From the NCBI RefSeq assembly GCF_008000775.2, contig NZ_CP042905.2, forward strand, positions 330,001-362,000: a stretch of 32,000 nucleotides of DNA. The letters are read 5' to 3'. Below are positions 17,783-29,400 of this stretch, piece after piece. A program made the position numbers and the translations under genes. Origin of the DNA: Promethearchaeum syntrophicum (GTDB taxonomy: Archaea > Asgardarchaeota > Lokiarchaeia > Sigyniarchaeales > Promethearchaeaceae). How positions within the stretch are numbered: the first letter of the stretch is position 1; every line of letters begins with the position of its first letter. The notes beneath the pieces were generated by a model, which saw only the letters and a program-made list of their open reading frames with translations, ran no database searches and had not been told where the DNA came from.

Positions 17783-18586
17783 ATGCAAAATGAAATTAAA
17801 AAAAAAATTGTATTAATTACTGGCGCTTCAAGAGGAATCGGAAAAGCAATAGCTGAAACATTAAATGCATCTGGTTATAAAGTAATTGGGACTTCACGCA
17901 ATGTAGAAACAATTCCTAAAGAAGATAAAATCACAGGAGTACGATATTTGCAATTAGACCTGACAATTAATGATAGCATCGAAATTTTGATCCAAGATGT
18001 TGGTACTGTTGATGTTTTAATTAATAATGCAGGAATTAGCCAAGTGGGACCTATCGAAGAAGTTCCAATGAAAAAAATTAGAGAATTATTTGAACCGAAT
18101 TTATTTGGTTTGATTTATCTAACTCAAGGATTATTACCTCAGATGAGAATTAGGAAAGAGGGATTAATCATTAATATTACTTCAATGACAAGCCGAAGTC
18201 CAGTTCCGTTTTCCACTTTTTACGGAATAACTAAAGCAGGTGTTGAAGCTTTTTCAAAAGGACTTCAAAATGAGGTAGAACGCTTTGGAATAAAAACTGT
18301 AGTTATCTCGCCCTTTGAAATGAACACAACAATTCCACAAGAAATTATACTTAAAGAAAATTCACCATATTATGACATAACTATGAAAGCGAAGAAAATT
18401 CGTGATAAAAATCTTGCAAATGCCCCTGATCCGCGTCTTGTGGGAAAATTAGTTTTAAAAATTCTCAAATCGAAAAACCCGAAGTTTTTCTATCCGGTTG
18501 GAAATAATGGATTTATAAAGAATTTTTTAATTAAACATGCCTCAAGGAATTTTATTAAGAAACAAACAATCAAAAGGTATCAATAA
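17783..18586 (+). CDS. Short-chain dehydrogenase/reductase
   Basis: TGASRGIGKAIA, NNAGIS, YGITK catalytic motif. ATG 17783 is preceded by AGGAG at 17768-17772; the tracked start at 17759 is in the same frame. Confidence 0.88.
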   Translation: MQNEIKKKIVLITGASRGIGKAIAETLNASGYKVIGTSRNVETIPKEDKITGVRYLQLDLTINDSIEILIQDVGTVDVLINNAGISQVGPIEEVPMKKIRELFEPNLFGLIYLTQGLLPQMRIRKEGLIINITSMTSRSPVPFSTFYGITKAGVEAFSKGLQNEVERFGIKTVVISPFEMNTTIPQEIILKENSPYYDITMKAKKIRDKNLANAPDPRLVGKLVLKILKSKNPKFFYPVGNNGFIKNFLIKHASRNFIKKQTIKRYQ

Positions 18587-18609
18587 ATAAGTAAAAAAAA
18601 ATCTTTTTT

Positions 18610-21843
<3,234 letters not shown>

Positions 21844-21845
21844 TC

Positions 21846-22190
21846 ATGAAGCATTTTCATTATTCAGAAATTGATGAAAAGAAAGTAGATGCATTTGGAT
21901 CAACAGAGACTACTATCCGAGTTTTTATTAGTGAAGAAGAAGCACCAAATTTTATTATGAGACGCTTTGAAATTAAACCACTCGGGCAAATTGGTGTGCA
22001 TTCCCACGATTGGGAACACGAAATTTTCATTCTAAATGGTAATGTTGTTTTAATTAATGATAAAGGAGATCGGGAGTTAGTTAACAGCGGAGAATTCGTA
22101 TTCATTCCACCAAATGAATCTCATGGTTATATAAATGAAGGAAATGAAACAGTAGCCTTTATATGTATGATTCCCAAAAAAAAGATATAA
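21846..22190 (+). CDS. Small single-domain cupin
   Basis: GQIGVHSHDWEHEIFILNGNVVLI (HxHxxxxE) and GEFVFIPPNESHGYIN. Confidence 0.87.
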   Translation: MKHFHYSEIDEKKVDAFGSTETTIRVFISEEEAPNFIMRRFEIKPLGQIGVHSHDWEHEIFILNGNVVLINDKGDRELVNSGEFVFIPPNESHGYINEGNETVAFICMIPKKKI

Positions 22191-22221
22191 TTAAAAATCA
22201 AGAAATTTTTTTTTTTTAATT

Positions 22222-23019
22222 TCAAAATACTCTTTTAATTAATTCATCTGCTCTGGGTATATTCGGCAATCCATCATACATTATCGATCCCATTAACATT
22301 ATTAGTCTAGAGCAATATGGTCGAAGAATTTCTAGATTATGTTGGATCACAATTAATGTTAACCCGTAATTTTGATTCAAATCTTGTAGAAGTTTTAGCA
22401 AATTTTCTACCATTGTAAAATCTAAGGCTGAAGTTGGTTCATCTAAAAGTAATATTTCCGGATCTCTTACTAAAGCTTGGGCAACAAGAACTTTTTGTTG
22501 TTCTCCTCCAGATAAATGTCCAATAGGTCTATCAAAAAAGGATCCCATATTTACTTTATGAAGGGCTAATTTTATCCGATCTTTATCTTCTTTTCTAAAT
22601 GGTTTGAAAAGGTTCTTTTTATACAAGCCCATTCCAACAATATCACCTACAGTTGCTGGAAATTCTCTCTGGATTGGGTGCATTTGAGGCACATAACCAA
22701 TTTTATCATACATCTCAGATTGAATTGGATTTCCAAACACCTTTATTGTTCCAGATTCTGGGTGGATGAGTCCTAAAATTGATTTCATTAACGTACTCTT
22801 ACCAGAACCATTTTTTCCAATTAAACCAATATATTCTCCTCTATAAATCTTCAAATCTATACCTTTAAGTATTACATTTTTCCCATAATTAACAGAAACT
22901 CTCTCTAATTCTATAATGGGTGATATATTTGTGGTGTTAAATAATATTGGTTTAACCTCGTGTTTGTTAATGAGATGTTCGTGATTATGATTTTTATGAG
23001 TGTGATGATGATCATTCAT
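22222..23019 (-). CDS. Zinc/manganese ABC transporter ATPase with His-rich N terminus
   Basis: Walker A GKNGSGKST, Q-loop, signature LSGGEQQK, Walker B ILLLDEPTSALD; N-term MNDHHHTHKNHNHEHLINKH. Confidence 0.92.
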   Translation of the reverse strand: MNDHHHTHKNHNHEHLINKHEVKPILFNTTNISPIIELERVSVNYGKNVILKGIDLKIYRGEYIGLIGKNGSGKSTLMKSILGLIHPESGTIKVFGNPIQSEMYDKIGYVPQMHPIQREFPATVGDIVGMGLYKKNLFKPFRKEDKDRIKLALHKVNMGSFFDRPIGHLSGGEQQKVLVAQALVRDPEILLLDEPTSALDFTMVENLLKLLQDLNQNYGLTLIVIQHNLEILRPYCSRLIMLMGSIMYDGLPNIPRADELIKRVF

Positions 23020-23028
23020 TCTTTTTGA

Positions 23029-23976
23029 TTACACCTCTTTTTTTTGGAGATCATTATTTATCTCACCATCCATTTCACAATAAGAACAATGAGTTTCATG
23101 TACAACTTTTACACATTGAGGACACATTTCTCCTATCTGTGGAAGTTTACTACGACGTTTCGGAGATATAATCATTGAAATACTAAAAATTATTGTTAAA
23201 ATAATCACTATTGTTGCCCCCCCTGATATATCAAAAATAAATGCAATTGCGAAACCAATTATTGATCCAAATATTGCAAAAAAGGTAGAATATATGAGCA
23301 TACGGTTTATTTTATACGTGAATTGATAGGCACTTGCTGCAGGAACTACTATAAATGCCATAACTAGAATTATACCAACAGTTGAAATACACATCACAAT
23401 AGTCAAAGCCACAGTAAAGAGAAAATAAAAAGAAAGGAAATTTACAGGCATTCCATTAGCTTTAGCAAGCTCTTCATCAAATGTGATGAAATATAACTCT
23501 TTTTTTACTGCAAAAATCAGAAATAAAATAATAATTCCAAGTATCATAATAATCGTAAATTCTGAAACACTAATTGAGGATAAGCTACCAAAAAGCATTG
23601 AACCAATATCTGTACTATAAGTATTATACAAAGATATAAAAAGAACGCCCAACGCCATACTAAATGAAAAAAATATCCCAATAGCAATTTCATTAGAAAT
23701 TTTATTTCGCTTATTGATATATCCGATTCCAAATGCTGTTAAAATGGCAAAACCTGCAATTGGAAAAATTGGGTTCCATCCCAATAAATACCCTAAGGCA
23801 CCACCAGCAAATGCTGAATGAGCAATTCCGTTTCCAAAAAATATTAACTTGCGGAGAACCATGAAGACTCCCACAATCGCACACACAATTCCTATTATAA
23901 TTGATGTAATAAATGGACGCCAAACAACAGGATATTGAAGGGCACTTATAAAATCTAATATGCTTGTCATTATCAC
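23029..23976 (-). CDS. Zinc/manganese ABC transporter permease (ZnuB/MntB-like) with C-terminal zinc-ribbon-like tail
   Basis: ABC-3-type membrane protein with GNGIAHSAFAGGALGYLLG; C-term MCPQCVKVVHETHCSYCE. 9 nt upstream of the ATPase gene. Confidence 0.9.
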   Translation of the reverse strand: MIMTSILDFISALQYPVVWRPFITSIIIGIVCAIVGVFMVLRKLIFFGNGIAHSAFAGGALGYLLGWNPIFPIAGFAILTAFGIGYINKRNKISNEIAIGIFFSFSMALGVLFISLYNTYSTDIGSMLFGSLSSISVSEFTIIMILGIIILFLIFAVKKELYFITFDEELAKANGMPVNFLSFYFLFTVALTIVMCISTVGIILVMAFIVVPAASAYQFTYKINRMLIYSTFFAIFGSIIGFAIAFIFDISGGATIVIILTIIFSISMIISPKRRSKLPQIGEMCPQCVKVVHETHCSYCEMDGEINNDLQKKEV

Positions 23977-24007
23977 ATAATTTTAATTTTTTATTAAATA
24001 TAAAATT

Positions 24008-24023
24008 TTACGATACATCGTAA
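24008..24023. promoter_or_regulatory. Palindromic operator candidate TTACGAT-AC-ATCGTAA
   Basis: Perfect 7-bp inverted repeat with 2-nt centre inside the 58-bp divergent intergenic region between permease and solute-binding protein genes; further AAA…TTT pairing outward. Confidence 0.7.
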
Positions 24024-24034
24024 TTTTTATAAAT

Positions 24035-25117
24035 ATGGTAAAATTCCATATATTAATGATCAATATTCCAAATTTTCATCATTTAAGAGTTAATAGTTAT
24101 CCAATATTCATACTCATTATTATTTTAGGAATTATTACTCCATCTTTAGCAATTACAGATAATCCCACTGGTTCTAAAATTGAAGATCCATTGCTAAATA
24201 TATTAACAACGATTGCAGTCCCTTATGATATTATTAGATCAATTACAGGTGTGGATGCTAATGTTGAATCCATTGTAGATAGTTCAACAGATGTTCACTC
24301 TTTTGAAGGACCTACTATCCAACAAATCCAGAATATGTTAGATTCGGATGTAATATTTTCATTGGGCGTATCCGGATCTGAACCTTGGTTAGAAAATATT
24401 GTGCAAGATAATCCAAGTTTAAATGAGAAAATAATCCCTTTGGGTAATTTAACAGAAGATGGTTATGAAGATCCTCTTTTAGATAATGAAATTAATCCTC
24501 ATATTTGGATGAATCCAAATGTTGTGAAAAAAATGGTAAATAAGGCGACATTTTCATTGATTGAACTAGATCCCGTTCATTCAACAGAATTTTCTGCCAA
24601 TAATATCACCTTTCAAGAAAAATTAACAAATCTATTAATTGATATCGAATCAAATAAAACTGCTTATTTTGATGGATTAAAAGTAGTTGTAAGTCATCCG
24701 GCATATTATTATTTATTCGATCTTTTAGGAATTGAACGCCTTGCGACAATAGAAGACCATTCGGGCGGAGAACCTGGGCAATCGACAATTGTCGAAATTA
24801 TTAATTTAATGAAGGAAGAAAATTGCACCTTAATTGTTACTTCCCCTCAACACTCGGATGAGGACGCTCTTGAAATTGCTCGATCAGCTGGAGCAAAAAT
24901 TACAGAATTGAGTGCAATTCCTGGTATTTATGAGAATTTTCAAGTTGTAGATTATATATCTATGATTGAACATTGTATGATTGCTTTAAGAAACCCCGGA
25001 GATGTTGAACCAGATAATAATATTAATGGGTTCGTTTCTTGGGGGATTTATGCTCTTATTGGGTTAAGTTCAATTGCTTTGATATTTTTATCTAAAGGAA
25101 AAATTGATGCATTTTAA
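24035..25117 (+). CDS. ZnuA/TroA-type metal-binding solute-binding protein with C-terminal TM anchor
   Basis: Signal-like PIFILIIILGIITPSLA, NPHIWMNP, VVSHPAYYYLFDLLGI, EPGQSTIVEIINLM, TSPQHSDEDALEIARSAGAKI, C-term GIYALIGLSSIALIFL. ATG at 24056 is an alternative start. Confidence 0.88.
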   Translation: MVKFHILMINIPNFHHLRVNSYPIFILIIILGIITPSLAITDNPTGSKIEDPLLNILTTIAVPYDIIRSITGVDANVESIVDSSTDVHSFEGPTIQQIQNMLDSDVIFSLGVSGSEPWLENIVQDNPSLNEKIIPLGNLTEDGYEDPLLDNEINPHIWMNPNVVKKMVNKATFSLIELDPVHSTEFSANNITFQEKLTNLLIDIESNKTAYFDGLKVVVSHPAYYYLFDLLGIERLATIEDHSGGEPGQSTIVEIINLMKEENCTLIVTSPQHSDEDALEIARSAGAKITELSAIPGIYENFQVVDYISMIEHCMIALRNPGDVEPDNNINGFVSWGIYALIGLSSIALIFLSKGKIDAF

Positions 25118-25145
25118 AAAATTTCAAATAATTTGGGTTGATTAA

Positions 25146-25568
25146 TTGATAAACACTAGTCTGGTCAAAGAAAAGGAAAATTTAGTATTAGATTTTCTAT
25201 TTTTTTGGAACTGTCCAATTACAGCAGGATGTCTTAAATCTGAATTAAACTTTAAACATTCAACTTTAAATTCTATATTAAAACGCCTGGAAAAGCAAGA
25301 ATTACTTACATGGGAAAAATATAAAGAAATTAAACTCACGGAAAAAGGAAGAGAATCTGCTATGCATGTTTCTAATCACCATTTTATCATTGAAAGATTT
25401 TTAAAAGATTCTCTAAATTGTTCTGAAGAATTAGCTCATAATGAAGCCTTACATCTTGCAGGAGCTTTTAGTTGTGAGCTAATTGAAGAGATTTGTAAAA
25501 AATTAAAAATCTCTCATAATGATTCTCATGGTAATTTTTGTGATATACGTAAATATTTCACCGACTAA
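25146..25568 (+). CDS. DtxR/MntR-like metalloregulator (winged helix + metal-binding/dimerisation region)
   Basis: wHTH-like region followed by HHFIIERFLKDSLNCSEELAHNEALHLAGAFSCELIEEI and terminal SHGNFC, comparable with the DtxR 'RHRLAERLL…VHDEA…EHVMSDEV…PHGNPIP' pattern. TTG start. Confidence 0.72.
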   Translation: MINTSLVKEKENLVLDFLFFWNCPITAGCLKSELNFKHSTLNSILKRLEKQELLTWEKYKEIKLTEKGRESAMHVSNHHFIIERFLKDSLNCSEELAHNEALHLAGAFSCELIEEICKKLKISHNDSHGNFCDIRKYFTD

Positions 25569-25616
25569 AATTAATAATCGAAAATTTTATTTTTTTTTGA
25601 CTATATTAGATATTTG

Positions 25617-25925
25617 ATGAGCACCGAAAGTGAAGAATTAAATAATACTTTCAAAGCTTTATTTTTTGGACCTTTTTGGGCAATAACAAAAAAAAAGGAG
25701 ATCCTATATAGCATTGTAGGAAATTCTCATACAATCCATCAATTAATCCTAAAAATTATTACAGATTTCCCCAAACTAGAAGAATATTTCTTTGAAGGAG
25801 ATAATATTGCTGATAATACCTCGATAATTATTAATGGAGAAGATATTCGTGGAGGATTAGGTTTAAATACGATTATTTCCCCAAATGATAGAATTACGTT
25901 TTTCAAAGCGGCAGGGGGAGGTTAA
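25617..25925 (+). CDS. MoaD/ThiS-like ubiquitin-fold protein (SAMP-like) ending in Gly-Gly-Gly
   Basis: ALFFGPFWAITKKKEI…IIINGEDIRGGLGLNTIISPNDRITFFKAAGGG*, typical of the MoaD 'NG…D…L…GD.v.i.PP..GG' C-terminal architecture. Confidence 0.83.
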   Translation: MSTESEELNNTFKALFFGPFWAITKKKEILYSIVGNSHTIHQLILKIITDFPKLEEYFFEGDNIADNTSIIINGEDIRGGLGLNTIISPNDRITFFKAAGGG

Positions 25926-25929
25926 AAAC

Positions 25930-26364
25930 ATGTCAGATGCAGAAGATGAATTAAAAAAAATAATTAAAACTCGTACTAGTAAAAAATCAAATCCAATTTG
26001 TGTCTTTATAAAAGTTCGTGAAGCTAAAGATGTCGTTGATTTAAAAATGAAAGATTTAACAGAGGGTCTTCTAGAATTACGGGTTTCTAGTACGAACGAA
26101 CATTTTCCTAAGTGGTATACTCACGGATATTTAATTTCTTTGTCAAATCTTAGGCTAAATTATAAAGATGTTAAGAAAAAGGAACAAATCTTGGAAGTTT
26201 TAACAAATCCAAATCGAATTAAACAACCAATTACAAAACAACTTATCGCAAAATTAGATAAAGATTTTGGAGGAATTCTAAGTGACGGAAAGAAGCTCTT
26301 TTTCAAAACTGAAAAATTCAAGAAAACTAAAGATCCTTTCAAGGTTCGAATGAAAACTATGTAA
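25930..26364 (+). CDS. Hypothetical protein (144 aa)
   Basis: ATG 25930 begins 4 nt after the MoaD-like stop; coding-like composition. The tracked upstream start (25885) overlaps the previous gene. Confidence 0.65.
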   Translation: MSDAEDELKKIIKTRTSKKSNPICVFIKVREAKDVVDLKMKDLTEGLLELRVSSTNEHFPKWYTHGYLISLSNLRLNYKDVKKKEQILEVLTNPNRIKQPITKQLIAKLDKDFGGILSDGKKLFFKTEKFKKTKDPFKVRMKTM

Positions 26365-26423
26365 TATAATTGATACATCACTAGTTTCTTTTTTCTAATT
26401 TTAAATTACCTTATTACTACCCT

Positions 26424-26436
26424 AAAAAAATATATA
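26424..26436 (+). promoter_or_regulatory. TATA-box candidate (AAAAAAATATATAG region) for the helicase gene
   Basis: A/T-run then TATATAG about 45-55 nt upstream of GTG 26481. Confidence 0.4.
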
Positions 26437-26480
26437 GTTGTTCCTTGATATTTTACTAAGGATAAATGGATTGAATTCAC

Positions 26481-29400
26481 GTGACACCTACCTCATCTTC
26501 AAAAGCAAAAGCTAAAATTAGGCTTTGGAAACAAAATTTCCTAGATTTATCAAATCGTAACCCACAACTTAATTTTTCTACTAAAAGATATATAGAAGTA
26601 ATCTCTCCAAGTTGCTCAACTATTTTTCGGATTCTCCTTGTTATGGGACAAACCTGCACATTTCCATCCGTCTATAAACCTCCTTCTAGAAAAAAGCAAA
26701 GAAAAAAATCGGTATCTGATCAACAGAAAACACCATTTAACGTTAATCCCGAGCCTGAATTATCTGATCCTTTAAAGGAAACACATCGAATAGCTCTTGA
26801 AAAAATTAAAGAAAAAGCCCGATTAACTGAATTTATTACAGAATTAACTGATTCAACATTAAGGACTAGATTTAAGAAATTTCTTCAAAAAGCAAAGGAA
26901 ATGGAAGAAGAACGAGGTGTTAATGTATTATACATTACCTTTGGATTACTAAATTGGATTGATGTAGGGGATAATATTCCTATGAAAAGTCCATTACTAT
27001 TTGTTCCAGTAAAAATATCTTTAAAACCGCTTGAAATTGAGATCCTGGATGATGAAGTAATGGTAAATCCTGCTTTAAAAGAAAAATTAAAAGGAGAAAA
27101 TAAAAAACTACCTCTATTTCCTGAGGAATTTGATTCCATTAGTTTTGATCGGTATTTAAAAGAAGTTTCAGAATTAATTTCACGAGACTCAGGTTGGAAA
27201 TTAGAAAAACGATCATTTATAGGAACATTTGCTTTTACTAAAGCAGCTTTATTTGAGGATCTCGATGATCATGAAGATTTAATACTTCGCCATCCAATAG
27301 TACGCGCGATTGCAGAAGAAAAAGGATTCGCGGAAGAAAAAGAGAATCTACCTGATATTGAAGAGCTTAGTGATAATTTAGATCCCACAACAAGTTATTC
27401 TATTTTGGATTGTGACTCAAGTCAAATGGAAGCCGTAATATATGCCAAATCAGGGAGTTCTTTAGTAATTCAAGGTCCACCAGGAACAGGAAAGAGTCAA
27501 TGCATTTCAAATATAATTGCAGAATGTATGGCAGTAGGTAAGAAAGTTCTTTTTGTTGCTCAAAAGCGCGCCGCCCTTGATGTAGTAAAAAAAAGATTAG
27601 ATACTTGTGGAATTGGTCCATTTTGTTTACAAGTACATTCACAGAACGCGAATAAAATCGCTATTCTTAAGCAAATTGAACAGAGTATGAACATTGATAC
27701 AGAAGGCATAAAAATTAAAAAAGGGAAATTTCAAGAACTTGGAATATTAAAAGAAAGATTGAATGATTACATAACTTCTACTCAATCTCCCTACGGTTTA
27801 ATGAAATTGAGTTTTTATGATATAATAGGTCGAGTTTTAGCCTTAGATGATATACCATTATTAATTTCTGAATTTAAGGACCCAAAAAATGTAACTGAAA
27901 AGGAATTTATAGAAATCAAAGATCTTTTTGGGCAATTGGAGTTATTTAGAGATACTTTAGAACATTATGACCAAAATCCCTGGAGTCTTGCTAAAGCAAA
28001 AATTAAATTTCTTTTACAAATTGCAAAGGAATTACAGCTTGCATTGAATAAAATATTATATTCATTTCAATATGTAAACGGACAAATAGGCTCTGAATTA
28101 AAAATTCTTAATGTGAAATTTCCCAATGGGGTTAATGAAAATGGAGAAGTTCCAGAAAATCGAACCCAATGGGAAAAAAATATTATAAGGGCAAATTATT
28201 GGATATCTGCCTTGGAAATATTTAATTTATGGCAAACTTGGGAGATAGATTATTCGGATCTTAACCAATATTTTGAATTAGACTCTATAATAAATTTCAA
28301 TGAATTTTCTGAATTTTTTAAAAGTTTTGAGCAAATAAATTTAGCATATGAAGCGGAATCATCTCCCTCACTTTCGATTACAAGTCTTCTTCTTACAAAA
28401 TTAAATTATTATATTGAGAAAGTAAATAAATTAAATAATCGACTCATAGTTTTCAATTTAAAATCTGGTTTGAACCCAATTCTGAATGATGAGGATTTTC
28501 AAGAATATTACGATTTTTTTAGTTTATTCAATGAAAATGCTCTAACTCTAGATGTTGATTTATTAATTGCCCGATTTACAACAGATTATGCAGGAGTTTT
28601 AAAAAAACATGGTCCTGAATATAATGCGGATAAATTAGATATTTTAAAATGCTTACGAACAAAAGCTAAAAAGCAATCTGTATTAGGATTATTGAATAAA
28701 ATAAAAAACTTCCAAATATTTTCTGGTAGACCTGATGGGTTGTCTCTCGACACTATAAAACTTATCATAGATGATTTTAATTTACTTTCAGATGAATGGA
28801 AAGAAATTCACCCACTTGAAAATTTCCTTAAGCCCGTTTTAGTTATTGAACCTCTTGCTCTTAACCAAAGACAAGATTTATGGGAAAAATATGAGAATTT
28901 TGCTAAACGATGGCTAAAAGATCTACCTCATTTGAACGAATGGTTTGAAATTGTTAAAATTGAAGATAAACTTGAAAAGCTTGGCTTTAGTGGTATTTTG
29001 GAAAAGATCAAGAATCAAAGATTTGAAAGTAAGAATAGTACTAATTCCGAAATTCTTGAAATCCCACTTGAGAAGCTATTTGAGAAGGCTTTTTATCACA
29101 AATTATATGAAGATATTATATCTACGTTACCGATTATAAACAATTTTGACATAAAATACCATATGAAAACAATTGAGAAATTTAGGAAGGTTGATAAAGA
29201 AATTCTGGAAATAAATCGCTTGCGAGTAATTAAAAAATTATATGATTTAAGACCTAAAGTTGATTTAAATATTTCAGATTCTCTTCTTGCTCAATCTGGG
29301 TTCATAAAACGTGAATTAAAAAAGAAAAGGAATGTAAAACCTCTTAGATATAGTTTTAAAGAAGCTAAGGAATTCATCTCCCAGTTAAAACCATGTTTTA

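Noticed and set aside
22202-22223. GAAATT…AATTTC around a 10-nt T run between convergent genes
   Set aside because: Pure A/T-biased symmetry expected by chance in this genome; could end transcription but cannot be supported.
23544-23923. Cys-rich minus-strand ORF (23711-23923) and neighbour (23544-23732)
   Set aside because: Cys richness arises from an alternative frame of the ABC permease; not an independent gene.
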